A DNA stretch of 59,239 nucleotides, filler included, from Jimgerdemannia flammicorona (taxonomy: Eukaryota), in the NCBI GenBank assembly GCA_003990765.1. It is 2 parts of 2 records of this genome, joined end to end, with 100 filler letters (N's around TTAATTAATTAA, not from the genome) between each part and the next. Parts side by side here need not be neighbours in the genome. Positions count along the whole stretch, not along the records: positions 29,675 to 59,239 come from RBNJ01000485.1; 1 more part is not named here. One strand, written 5' to 3'. Numbering within the stretch: position 1 is the stretch's first letter; each line of letters opens with the position of its first letter. A program made the translations under genes and the position numbers. The notes beneath the pieces were generated by a model, which worked only from the letters and a program-made list of their open reading frames with translations, was not told the origin of the DNA and searched no databases. Positions 37,693 through 51,119 of the stretch are shown one piece after another.

Positions 37693-40020
37693 ATGTCTAA
37701 AGATCAAGAAGTATATTTAAGAGAAATCTCAGAACCATCAGATGATATATTGGAGGATATATTGGAGGATATATCAGATATCTCCACCAGTTCATTATCA
37801 CCAATGAGCATGAGAATAAAAATAAAAACAAAACCTGGTAATAGCTGGGTGTGAAATCTGCCACAAAGGTAGTTTTATACATTGTGCTAATAGTTGAATT
37901 CATAGGAGTGATTGGTCTCATTAGTTGTAAGGGTGAGTGGTCAGTTGTAAGTGGTTGAGGTTCTAATATAGTCTCATATCTCTCTATTCAAATAGAATTT
38001 AAAAAGTAAGCTCATCAGTTGCAACCATTACATGACTTAGAGCTATATATCAAAGGATGGCAATATCAACAATCTTAAACAACATCTCTGGAAGCATCAT
38101 AATGCCATGCTCTTACCTCTCCAGCATGCTGAGAATCCTCGCTGGTCTAAGAAAGATATTGTAAGTATAGATAGAATGGAATTTGTGAAGTACTTAGGAG
38201 GTTATTAGAAAAATAATTGATCAAATTTTATTATTACAAATAGGAACACACTAGCAAGACTTTAAGTAATGAAAATTTCTGTCAGTTAATTGCCAACTTC
38301 ATTGTCACTGGATATCAGCCATTCTCCACTATCGAAAATGCTGGCTTCAAGTATCTCCTTCACATATTACACCCTGATCTGGCCCTTCCATCGGCTGATA
38401 TGATTTCATGAGTTATTTGAAAGGAATTTGAACTATTGTGGACTCAAGTGAAAGCAAGGCTAGCAGGGCTTAAGTCAAAGGTGTCACTTATACTTGATTG
38501 TTGGATATTGGATGTTAACATCAAGGCCTTCCTTGAAATAACAGCCTATTGGATTGACAGTGATTGGAAGATACATGACATTATCTTAGACTTTGTCAAT
38601 ATCAGTGAAATAACATATATGGGTGCCAATCTTGTGAAAAGTCTGGAGCTGATAATAGATAATTTATTGCCTAGTGACAATCAAATCATTGCTGTTGTGT
38701 GTGACAATGCCAGTAACAACAATACTCTGTTTGAGAATCTCCATCATTTGCTTGCTCATATATGCTGTTTAGGGCATGTGTTGAATCTCATTGTTAATGA
38801 TGCTCTTGGTTCTCTTAGCAAGCCCATTGGAAAGCTATGGAAGTTGATAAAGAAGATCAAAAATTCAGCACAATGACAAGCACAACTGGCAAAGGTCTGT
38901 GAATCCTCCAGAATTCCCATTTTGAAGCCTCTCTTAGATGTTACAATGAGATGGAGTTCTATATATGAAATGTTAGTGCATGCTCTGGAGATTCATAAGG
39001 TAAGATTTTGAATCTATTTGTGAAGTATTTTGGTACTAAATAAATTGATATTATATTCAAATAGAGCTTGGATATATTGTGTGCCATGGATAAGCAAATG
39101 AGCCATATATCTGAAGATACATGGCAACAATTTGAATTGATTTGCCAATTTCTCGAGCCTTTTGCCAAAGTGACAACTGTGATGTCAACTTCGAAGTATC
39201 CTACAATAGTGGCTGTTATCCCACTATTTAATCAGCTATGTGATCACCTTGAAGATGTCATCAATACATATCAAACTAGTGAACATTTTAATCAGGTATA
39301 TATATGATTTTGAAAGTAATTTTATTTGTGAATTTAGGAACTAATTTAGTAAGTAATTGGGAGGTAATATGTGTATATTCTTATTTTTTATAGATAATGC
39401 TTACCACTGTTGAGAATGTACATATGAAACTTCTAAAGTATTACTGCAAGATGACACCATTACACAGTATAGCTTTGGCCTTAGATCCATGTATCAATAT
39501 GCATTATTTCTATCATGAGCAATGGAAAAAATCCTTAATTGATGAATGGAAGAATCAGATGGAACATATCTGGAAAAAGGAGTATAAGCCTGTTAATGCT
39601 ATCATTATATCCTCAATATCTCATGATGCTGATGATTTTATCAACTCAATATATGAGAAGAAACAGCATGTTGATGTGGATGATGAGCTTGAATGGTGGG
39701 TGTTGTTTTCATGTTTTTTTGGTTGGTTTGGTTAATTTTCACTCATATTTCTCTGTTTCAGTTATTTGTCAGAGAATCCAGCTGATCCTCATATAGATAT
39801 ACTGGATTGGTGGTGGCGAAATCAGTTGATATATCCTAATCTTTCATGAATGGCTTACGATTATCATGCTATTTCAGTGACATCTGTTCCATCTGAATAT
39901 ATTTTTTCTATTGCTGGTGAGCTAGTGACTGAACATTGAAACAGCTTGTGTATAAATACAATTTGTGCATGTATGTGTTTGGATTCTTGGTGGTCTTCAG
40001 ATATTTTTCACTTTCAATTG
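37693..40020 (+). pseudogene. hAT transposase, intron-containing, with nonsense mutations
   Basis: BED finger (WCEICHK..KQHLWKHH), LDCW, VCDNASNN, HICCLGHVLNL (CxxH), TMRWSS (cf. TRWNS), ALDP, LDWW..YPNL, and the hATC dimerisation motif SVPSEYIFS. Confidence 0.9.
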
Positions 40021-40077
40021 CTCTGAATATTATTCAAATATTTTCTGAATCATTTTTTCAGAGCAGAGTTCAGAGGG

Positions 40078-40350
40078 TCAGGTTCAGGGTCAGGTTCAGG
40101 GGTCGGGTTCAGGTTTGGGTTAAGAGTAAATAATGGGTTGGGTGATATACATTTCCAGGTCAGGTTAAAGATGGGTAATGTATCTTTCTGGGTTGAGTTA
40201 AAGATGGGTGACATACAATTCTGGGTCAGGTTAAAGATAGGTGATGTATAATTCTGGGTCGGGTTAGAGACGGGTGACTTATAATTCTGGGTTGGGTTAA
40301 AGATGGATAATGTTTAATTCTGGGTTGGCTGTTTTATGGATTGAGTTTCA
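40078..40350 (-). repeat. hAT right subterminal array (inverted copy of the 33-bp unit)
   Basis: Repeats of GGGTCAGGTTAAAGATGGGTGA. Confidence 0.88.
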
Positions 40351-41183
40351 GGTTAATCAGGTCAGGTTTGCAGAGCACTAATTAATACCTTATCTTATCT
40401 CAAACTACTTGTCTCTGAGATCATACAATACTATCCAGTCATATCATAGACTCTTATGGAACTGTTACTTATAGTAGATAAGTTGGTAAAATATAACTGA
40501 ACCTAATTTTGTATCTGCAAATAGGTCATGAACTCTAATTGATAAAGTGATAAATACATTGATCTATAGAGATCAAGAAGATATATTAGAAATATTCACA
40601 TTCTAGCTTACTATAAATAACATAATGTTGGATTTGAAAGTTTGGAAAGATTCTTCCTATTTACTTAATGATAATATCTATTTCCAGATACAAACTAGAG
40701 ATCATGAAAAAACATCTGAATGGTAAGTTTGAGGTCACATAGTCCAAAAAATTTTGAAACTTTATTAATATAAAGTATACCTTCAGAAATACTAGTACCC
40801 AAGTTCTAGTACATCTCAATTATTAATAAGCTTGAGATATCTATGAGATTGCTAATTGAAATATACTCAAGTTTATCCTTAAGTGCTGTTTATTATCACC
40901 ACAAACTTGACAACTTAGAAAAGAGGATCGTATTTATTTATTGTCAATATAGTATTCTAACTTATACATAATATTGATATTAGTATCAATATTATCTAGT
41001 ATATCAAATATTCAAGTTGACTCAGAAATATACTATAAAAAGAGAAGTTTTTCAAAGTTCAGCAAACTTAATAAGATCTCTGCAAACTTCTCTTTAGTTT
41101 ATTGAATTAAGATAATAGCATATCTTGATCTATAAGTATTTTTTCAGTCTGGACTAGTGATGAGGCATAGAAGTACTACTGTA

Positions 41184-41629
41184 TAGTGCTCCCAATAAAT
41201 CGAATAGAATCAAATTGGACCCAAATTCAATTTGATTCGAAAACTTCAAATCGAATTGAGGTCCAATTTGATTTGAATCAATTTGAATTGAGGTCCAATT
41301 CGATTTGAGGTCTGATTCAAACTCCATTTTAGAAATTACATACCTCGACGAATACATATCCAAATTTAATGTTCTTTAGCTTGTAAGATTTCCCATATAT
41401 AGGGGAATCTAACAAGCTAAAGATCATTGAATTTAGACATGTATTCGTCGAGATATTACATTTCTAAAAATAGGTTTTGAATCAGACCCTCAATTCGATT
41501 CAAATTTGATCAATTTGAATTCGATTCCATTTGAACTCAATTCGAATTGAAAAATCCCCAATTCAATTCGATTTGAATGACCCTCAATTCAATTTGATTC
41601 AAATTGATTCAATTCATTTGGGAGCACTA
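41184..41629. mobile_element. hAT-type MITE (446 bp), largely palindromic
   Basis: 12-bp perfect TIR TAGTGCTCCCAA, 8-bp TSD CTA(C/T)TGTA, TTCGAATT/TTCAATT subterminal motifs and a central ~170-bp inverted repeat. Confidence 0.9.
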
Positions 41630-42716
41630 CTATTGTAAGACATTTGACAATACTAAGTAATTTGAAAATCCCTCTCATACATGAGAGGAATATCTTTTAA
41701 AAGAATTTTTTTTTTTAGTTAAAGAGTTTATAAACTATTCATGAACTCACTGTAATATATATAATACTCATATATACTAGTTATTAATATCAGCTATAGT
41801 TATTTGACTAAGATTTAAGGGTTACCATATGTGTATCAAACAAACTCTTGATAAGATTAAGAGTTAGATTGACCAGGTGTTCCCAGATACCTTTTTTTAC
41901 TCAATAAAGTATATCAGACATAATTAATAAATAAATATTTATAAGAGATAGTTCCTAAAGTATTTTCTAGAGGTTGGTTGAAAGATGATATAATTGTTAG
42001 TAAAAAATATTTATTCAAAAACAAGTAAAATTAATACATACAGTTAGTTTCTACAATCTATACTCTTGAAGACTCTTCTTAGCTATTTTATATTTATCTT
42101 TCAAATGGTAAATCTGTATATTTACAACTGTTCTCTATATCTCCAGAAGTATTTATAGAGGATATATCTTATTAAGGCATGAAAATTGAAAGCACAGAGC
42201 CATACATTTTGAGCAGGCTTGATTTGTACAAATTTGGCAGATCCAATATAGTGCTGGATAATTGACTATAAAGGACATAACTACTGGATAGCAATTATGA
42301 AGTTTGCTATCTAGTCTATATATAATAATACTACTAAAAAATATATTTATAATCAGTTATCAAATAATAAAATTTTTATCTAAATAATTTTATAATTATA
42401 AATATTACCCTTTTCCTACTATAGATAGTCTGTAAAGTACCTCTGATATATATCTATAATATGAAACTACTTTTACTTTATAAAAGGAGTCTTTAGTCTC
42501 CTTAAGAGTTCCTTTAATAATTGAAAAATATGAATATATTTCAAGAGATTGCTAATAAATATATATGACAGATATATTTGAGCACATGTAAGCAGATTAC
42601 AATAAGTTTGATCAATTCTAAGTAATACCAGGATTATTATTACACTAAGTGGAAGTTTCTTCTATAGTTTGAAAAAAGAATTATAGTCTACAAATAGTGA
42701 CTATACTGACTAATTA

Positions 42717-42718
<2 letters not shown>

Positions 42719-42752
<34 letters not shown>

Positions 42753-43684
42753 CTTTTTATAGTCACTTGGACTTCCCTTTATTACTGCCATCTATAATAA
42801 TAATAATACAATGTCACCCCATCCCCTCAACTGATATCCCTCAGATCTACTCCTCTCCCCTCTATGCTCCCCTGCCAGAGGACAACCCAGTTGCCCACCA
42901 CCCAAATCCTCCTGCCACTTTTCCGGGAGATACACTGTACCAAACCCTTTTGACTCCCCCCACCTGGCCCCCACCCTCACCACCAGCCATTCAGAATATC
43001 CAGTAATAACCATTCCCAACATACCACCTTATCCCCAACCCCAACTTGCTGGCCCTCCTCAAATACATGTACCCAATGTCCAGCCATCTCAACCCATATA
43101 GCCAGAGCCCAACCGAGGGTCAGCCATTCATCTCCAACCCCTCTGACCAGCCTTCAGCAGAGCTCTTCCCATCTCCCCCCTTCCCCTTCCTCCAGGGCTC
43201 GTAGCTCTAACCAGTCTGCGATACGCCACCAAAACACCTCCAAAATGTCACACTCACTAAGCCAATGTTCAGGCATTTGTAACACTCTCTCTTCCTGTCC
43301 AACATTGAAACATTCCTCACACTCAAACATGCCACCAGCCACCAAGTGCCCAGACTGATAGTTCAACATCACATTCTGCTATAGAACCTGCCACCATACC
43401 ACCCAGAACTTGGGGAGTAGCCACCACATCACCTGCTTGCTCCAAAGCCAGAGACCATTCCAGTCCCACTCCTTGCCAATCCCAACCCTCTGCCAGGCTT
43501 CAGGCCAAAGGTCTCCACCTAAGCCCCACAAACACTCCATTCTATCACCAAGCTGGAAGTCCTCCACCAAAACACTGCCCAGCAGTAGCCTGTCTCATTG
43601 CCACATCCACAGTCCCCAATCCTCCTCTCCTTCATCACCTCACCACCGAAGTCCAATTTTCTTAGCACTATCCACCACCCCCCA
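42719..43684 (-). mobile_element. 5'-truncated LINE (copy 3)
   Basis: Poly(T) from 42719, the same 3' motif GTCCAAGTGACTAT as copy 1, and ORF2 C-terminus ECEECFNV..MPEHWLSEC. Confidence 0.92.
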
Positions 43685-44109
43685 CTTCTTGGTGATTGCA
43701 TTGAGCTTCCTGTAGTCAATGCAGAGTCTTGGGGCAAACTCTCCAGACTTACTTCCTTTCTTTGGGGCAAGGACAATGGGTGAAGCCCAGGGGCTGATAG
43801 CTTGCTTGATGATTCCAGCTTCTTCCATTTTCTTGAGTTCTGCTCACAGCCATTCTCTGTAGGCAGGTGGTATAGGTCTGGCTTTCTGGTAGATGGGCTT
43901 GGTATCACCAGTGTCAACTTTATAGTAGTACTTGGGTTCTTGATTGTGGATATCCCTGAAGTCTGTAGCAAGTACTCCTTCATTCTGGTACAGGATCTTG
44001 AGAAGTTGTTCTTCCAGGGAGAAGTTTTCTCCAATGGTATATGTGTGCTTGTTCTGGTCCTTGTCTTTCTTATGCTCAAGTTCAGTGATCTTGGTGACAG
44101 CATAGGCTC

Positions 44110-44500
44110 CTATTCTAGTAGATCCAAAGCCTTGTTCTCCTCTCTTGGTCTTGATGAGTTTGATGGCTTCAGTGATCTTGGGCTTCTTGATTTTGTAGAT
44201 CAGCATCTGGCCAATCCTGTCATACTTCTTGATTTCGAATGGGGTGGTGAGGTTGTGATTCCTAACTATGAGAAAGATCTCACCAGTGTAATCAGGGTCA
44301 ATTACTCCTCCTTTAACTGAGATTTCACTTTTGGCCAGACTGCTCCTGGTCTTGATAATTCTGGTATAGTTCTCTGGCAGCTTGACTCCAATTCCAGTGC
44401 CAAGTAGGGTGGTGGTCTGTGGTTCAAGGGTAGCATCTTGAATACTGGCAAGGTCTATTTCTATGGCTCCTTCAGTCTTGTATTCTGGGATCTTGGCTTT
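44110..44500 (-). pseudogene. dUTPase domain in Gypsy element A pol
   Basis: All five dUTPase motif regions are recognisable (DL, RSS, GVIDPDYTG, DRIGQ, RGEQGFGST). Confidence 0.9.
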
Positions 44501-46688
44501 GGGGTAAAATTTCTTGATCTTGAGGATGATGTCTGGTTCTCATTCCTCCTCATCATCACTATCAGCTTGAAGCTTGGGGGGCTGGTCATCTTCTTCAGCT
44601 TTCCTTTTTGCTTCAGCAGGTTTCTGTTGACAGATTTTCCTAACTTCACTGATACAGGACCAGCAGTCATTCAGATGTTCAGAGCAGTACATCCTAGTAC
44701 CATGAGGGCATCTTCCTTGAGAGGCATAGCTATCAATAATCTTGTTGTACCACTGCTCATCTGTGAGCTTGGGTGTCTTGTTCTTGTTCTTGTTCACCAA
44801 GTACATAAAGACTTCTGTGTCTTCTTCATCTCCTTCCTCCATATCTGATAGAACTCCTTTGTAGACATTGATATAGACTCATACCTTACTTCCTCTATAG
44901 TTGATCTATATCTTCTGGACATTGAGGTCAATGATGGCCTTGGCCTTGTGAAGCCATTGGTTGCCAATGAGGATGTCATAGTTGGTGGTGCTTGTAACAA
45001 TCATGTCTACTGGGATGGTAGCTCCTCCTATCTTGATGGGGACTTCTTGGATTTTGCCAAGGGGGGTAGCTCATGTGCCATCTGCTGTAACATAGACCAT
45101 CTTGGTGGACTCTTCAATATCCCAGCCTAGGCAGTCAATTGTCTTCTTACTCATGAGGTGTCCTCTAGCACCAGTATCAATGATGGCATCAAAGATACAA
45201 TCTTCAATCTGGCATAGAGTATAGGCTAATGTCTTGTGATTTTTCACCTGAGTCTTCAGATTCTTCCTGTGCATTGTGAGCTACTACAATCTTGTACTCT
45301 TGATTCTTGGCAGTAGTTGCAAGTTCTACTTTTAACTGCTGTCTGAAGGCAGAAACTTCAGCTAGCTGTCCAAAAGTAACATTGACCTTCTGTTTCTTGA
45401 GGTCCTTGTAGATATCATACTGGTGGATCTTGGTCTTACACAGCTTCTGTTCCTTCTTGCTTTCGCTTTCTCCTGAGACTGGAGTAGTGCCTTTAATGAT
45501 TTGGTGGACAGCTTCATCTAACTCCATATCTTGGTCAATCTCCTCAGGTTGGATCTTGCTTTGAATGGTGATAGCTGGGGTCTTCTTTGATCTTCCAACT
45601 AGCTTGCTGTTGCTCTTCTTGTCATAGGGCTTGGACCAGGTTCTGGTACCTTCAGTAGCAGGGTAGAATTTGAGCTCTTCATAGTATTCTTCATCATCAG
45701 TGTCACCAATCTCCTCAATAACTACTGCATTGGTTTGTTCTCTGGTTCTGCTAGCATTGCTTGGTTGGGTTTTGTGTCTTGTTTCAGTCATGCAGCTCTT
45801 TGCATGGTGGCCTTCTTCTCCACATCTGAAGCATGTGATATTGCATTCTTCTGTAGCAGCTGCAAATCTCTGTAATAGTCTCCTATTGGCACTTTGGACT
45901 TCTCTAACAATATTACCAAGGTGTACAGTCATCTCAGCAAACTGCTTGGTGAGTTCCTCCACTAGGTCAGCTTTGGCTGTCTTGGGGGTAGATAGGGATG
46001 GTTATCTGTTTACAACTGTAGTGAGTATGATACTGGTTGACTTTGATAGCTCTATCTTAATACCAGTTATTTTCTCCATTGAGTGTTTGGCAGGGTGTCT
46101 GGCAGTCCAATATCTCTATGCAAAGACCACTTTCTGATTAAGGGTCAGTGTAGCTGGGGTAGACTAGATTGCTAGGGCAATTTCAGGGTGAATTCCTTTG
46201 AGGAAGGTTTAATCTGCTATTTGTTCCTTGAGGCAGTCATCATAGCTAGCCAAGACAATTTGGTGGCAGATTCAGGTATAGAATGAGTTGGGATCTTCAC
46301 TGAGTCCCTGACAGATAGTGTTGAGTTGATCCTTGAGAGCTTGCTTGATCTCTTTAGTATAGTATGTTGTTCTGAGGAAGGCCTTCATGTTGGCAAGTTT
46401 GGCTGCACCATTATCAGCAATAGTGGCTGCATTGAACTTGTCTCTGGTAGGTCCTCTGAGGCTGACTGGTAGAAGGGCCAATTGTGTATCCACACCAAGG
46501 GCTCATATAGTGGTAAATTGTTCAAAGTCTTCAATGAAGATCAGGATTAACTCTTTATATCCATAAAATGTGGGAGAATGCATTTCTATCTTATCTTGAA
46601 TTCTTGCAGGGGTGACTTTTGTAGTCAGAGTAGTTATTGTGGTAGTTGTTCATTTTTTAGCTTGAAAGTGAGGGATTCATCTTGAATC

Positions 46689-46706
46689 ACCAGCCAATGG
46701 GCACCA
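46689..46706 (-). promoter_or_regulatory. Primer-binding site
   Basis: TGGTGCCCATTGGCTGG lies 3 nt inside the LTR end. The same site occurs at 59060-59074. The tRNA identity is not assigned. Confidence 0.8.
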
Positions 46707-49700
46707 AGTTGTTACATAGTAGTCACTGAGTCCTTCAAATATGTCGGATTCTCTTCAAGGTATATCTCTTAGACTAACTCAAGTTTGTTATAAGCAAGTT
46801 ATTATTAGAGCACCTTCTCAAGGTCTTATAGTCCTCAAACTTCTTATCTTTAAACTGTCTTGTTATCTCTTAGATTGCTTACAAGAAAGTGTGTGTAAGT
46901 GAACTTAACTGACTTTATTTCAGAAGAAATAAAAAGGATATTTATACAAAATATAATTCAATGATTGCTAAGATATAAAGCTAAATATAAATTCCAATAA
47001 CTAAAACAAAATGCCAGGATAGAAAAAACTGCTAAGTTCCAGTATTGGCACTGATGGTTACACAGATTCAAGATGCTGGTATAATTTTGGTAATACAGGA
47101 AAATGGTGCTGGAATAATTCTGAGTCACCTCAGAATACTAGTAGTGGAATAGCTATTATACAGAAAAAGAGTGCTGGTATAATTCAGTATAACTAAGGGA
47201 CTTAGAGCAGAATGTTCAAGACCATAGGGACTTCATTCTCATCAGAGGTCAGGATGTCTTTGAAGGAGATAAGGTCCATGAATATCTTGTCTGTCTTACC
47301 ATCATTGTTGTTGTCATCGCATAGATTATACATTTCACATATGTCATGTAAGATGACATTATTGCCAATGACATCATTACATTCAGTGAGGAAATTGGGG
47401 GCTCTCCAATCTATGAGGTTCTCTTCTACCAAATAGGGAACAAATGTAGGGTCTTAGGAAGGTCTAACCTGGATGCTTGGACCTTGGAATACTGAGATCA
47501 ATCCTTGCAGGAATTGATCTGGGTTGTCCTGGAGGATGGGATGCCAGAAGTCTTCTACTTTATCGCTATTGAGGGTGATAGTGGACGGGCTTCTGTAACC
47601 ACTCTGGCTTCTAGTGTATTGATATGGTGGGCTGATACTGAGACTCTAACATACTCCAAGTTGAGGATTGACCATGGTACATGCCTGAAGATCTGATGGA
47701 TCTTCTTAGCTGTCCTTGCTTCATATATATCTATGGGAGTAGCATCTTATAACTCTTGGGGGCTGGTCTGTGGAAACTCCCAGCAGAGGAGGTTTTCTAT
47801 TTCATACTTCTGCCATATTTAGAGGTATTTGGTAACAATGATGATCTTTGTTTCCATTTCATAGCAGTAGAGGATATAATGATAATGTTCACTAGTACCC
47901 AGGTTGACACTAGGAGTCCTTCTTGAGTGGGTCCTCAAGGCTCTTCTGATGTCTTGGAATATCCTTTCTTCAACTGAGGTATCTTGGTGGTTTCTTGACC
48001 TTGAGGTTTGGCAAGCAGCAGGCATTTCATTTGTGGTAAGTCTTTGAGCTATTTTGGGATTGGTGAGTCTTGTTGAGTTGCTGCTACTACAGTTCCTTGA
48101 TCCTTCTTTTATATTTCTCAAGATATCCATACTGTGGTCATAATGACTCACAGTTAGTCATCATTACTCATCTTTTATACCATATAATCTTCTTGTACTC
48201 AAATCTGGTGGCTTGCAAGGAAAAGCTGTCTCTTGTACTGATATCATCATTCTGGGATCACTATTATAATATATTGAAGATATATTAATCTACAGTAAAT
48301 CAGTAGAACTATACTATATCTATCTCAGATAGATACTGATCCTATAGGCTACTGGATAATCTTCTTAACTGAGTACTACTCTAATAGAAATATTAGAGAT
48401 ATCTATAGTCAAGGTGAATAGTCTAGTAGGGTCAGATACAATTAGTATTGAGGTCTCTGTAAAGAGTCTCTTGAGATGGTCTATAGCCTAAATGTACTCA
48501 GAGGTCTATTCAGTTTTAATTTCTACTCTATTGTAGATCAGACTGATCAATAGAGCTATAATAGTATAGTATCTCTGAATAAACCTTCAGTAGTATTCTA
48601 TAATACCCAGGAAGTACTAGAGTAGCTTGAGAGTAATAGAGATAGAGAGCTGATATCTTTCAGGAGTCTATTTTAATATCTTTAGTAGAGATAATATATC
48701 TCAGATATTCAATCTGGTCTTAGTAGAACTTATACTTACTTATTTTAGTATAGAGCTAGTTTTCTCCTAATCTCTTCTAGAAGCTCAAGCCAGCTAAAAT
48801 CCAATATACTATCTATAAAAAAGAACTCTTGACCATTGTCACTATACTTTAGGAATAATGTTATTTTCTTTTAGAACAATTATTCATAACCCATACTGAT
48901 TATTATATTCTATAGTATATTTATATATAGCCAATATAAACTCATAGATAAGTCTATTGAATAGAAATCATTGCTCTTTTTGATATAGAAATTAAATATA
49001 TTTCAGACAAAATCAACTATATAGCTGATGGCTTCTTTAGATATATAGAGGATGAGTTTGTCTTCATAATTGAGATAATTTTTGATCTTACTCAGCTTAT
49101 CAAAGATAGCTACCAGTAAGACAGCTCTCTATTGAAATTCCTTCAACTCTGTAAAGACCATCTCAGAACCTATGAAAAAGATAGCCAAAAGATTTACTTA
49201 CTATAATAGACTCATCTATAGAAATAATGAAAGAGTGGTAGTATTTAAGAATGATACTCTATAATTCTAAATAATATAGAAACTCTATAATATACCAATA
49301 ATAAGATATTGTAGTTTCAAGAAGTCTATAATTTCCTCTTAAGAGAGTTCTACTAGCCAAGAATAACTAAGAATATCAAAGTCTTCATGATTTTATATAA
49401 AATGTATCAAAGATTTATGAGTAGTAATAAGTTACCTATAGGACTTCTGTAATCTCTGCTCATCTCCAGCTATAACTAGAACCAAATTACTATAAACTTC
49501 ATTATCCTGCTCTCTAAGACCAAGATAGGATAAAATACTATAATAGTATTTATAGACTGTATAAGTAAATAAGCTCATTTTGCACCCACCAAGACTACTA
49601 CTACAGCTTCTGAAATTGCCAAAATCTTCTTCAACTAAGTATTCAGACTATATAATATATCTAGTACCATTATATCTGACTAAGATACTAAGTTTATAAG

Positions 49701-51119
49701 CAATTTCTAGAAGGCATTTTTCTCTCTCTATAGAATCAAACTGAAGTTCTTCATAGCTTGAAACCCCCAGACAGATGGTCAGATCAAGTATACCAATGGA
49801 ACTCTCAAGTAGATTCTTAGTATCTTTTGCTATTATAAGCAAAATAATTAGGACAAATATCTGATCTATGCTAAGTTTGTCTATAACAATAGTTAGTAAA
49901 CCTCTATAAAAAAGACTCTATTCTTTCTAAACTATGATTAATACCCAAGAACTTTAAGTATAATAGCAAAATCTGAAGTCCCAGTAGTCCAGAACTTGGC
50001 TAAGACTATATCTGACCTTATATAAATAATAAGAGATGCTCTTATAGAAATACAGAACTACTAGACTAAGTATACTAACTTGAAGTAAAGAGAAGTCTCC
50101 TATAATATTAATGACAGAGTTATGCTTAGAACAGACCATCTCTATCCAGATATCTTAATATAGCAATTATCCAAGAATCTCTGTGCTAGAAGAATTAGAC
50201 TATATAAGATTGTGAAAAAAGTTAATAAAGTTAACTATAAGCTATAACTCTCTTATAATATTTGAGTGTACTCAGTATCTCATATTAGTCAATTAGCAGA
50301 CTACTATGAGAATTATTTTTTTAAATATATAGTTCTATCATTACTCTTAATTAAGATCAATAATTATAAGAAGTTTGAAATTGAGAAAGTTCTAGATTGC
50401 AAGATCTGCAAATATATGAATATAGTTAAGAGATTTTTTCTCATAAAGTAGAAGAATTATCCTACTTATAATATTATCTGAGAAAAGAAAGAAGTACTGG
50501 AAAATGCACATAAAGCTCTCCAAGACTATATGGAAACACTCACTCTATAGTAATGAAAGAAACTATAGATCTAGACCTAGACTATATGATAAATATGAGA
50601 GAAATATATATCTATCAGAAATATATTACTAAATATTGAGAGAAAAGAAATACTATACTTAGCTTATAGAATAAAAAGATTATACTATTAAAGAACTTCT
50701 CTAGATCTCCTATATATATAGTTAAACTAGAAGAACTATATATAATTAGTACAATATGTAGTAATTATACTAGTATGATATAGTACTTATCAGCAACTAT
50801 AAAAAGTCATCTGATTGAGTTTGAATCCTCAGTCTACAGTCTGGAGAATAATATCTTAACAGAGTGACCAACTTTCTATCTAAAGTTAAAGATAGAAAGT
50901 TTCTAGCCAGTGATGTCTAATAATTATTATATAACTAGTATATACTTTACTTATAGCAACAGATCATATATTACTTTAGAAATATAATTAAAATGAAGTT
51001 ATACTAGACTGGTGAACAGATATAAATACTCAGGGTAGAAATACAGCATATCTCTCATTTTCTTTTTTTTTTATTAAAGAAAAAAATAATAATACAAGAG
51101 TATTTACTATGTATATATT

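Larger units (their letters stand above)
34512..40380 (+). mobile_element. hAT DNA transposon (5.9 kb) with transposase and a second gene
   Basis: Perfect 8-bp TSD ATTAATAC (34504-34511 and 40381-40388), imperfect TIRs starting TAGTGC..GCAA, inverted subterminal arrays and a hAT transposase. Confidence 0.93.
43685..48268 (-). mobile_element. Ty3/Gypsy element A: 5' LTR (46710-48268), PBS, gag, protease, dUTPase and RT N-terminus; 3'-truncated
   Basis: Gag with CFRCGEEGHHAKSC, protease AIIDTGA, dUTPase RSSLA..GVIDPDYTG..RGEQGFGST, RT SPWASPIVL..RLCIDYRKLN. A decayed LTR ORF lies at 47202-48025. Confidence 0.93.

Noticed and set aside
40400..42690. AT-rich stretch that may be a decayed DNA-transposon gene
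   Set aside because: No motif could be recognised with confidence.
45204..45274. Programmed gag-pol frameshift in element A
   Set aside because: A frame change is visible, but there is only one copy (the region is deleted in B) and no clear slippery site. It cannot be separated from a decay indel.
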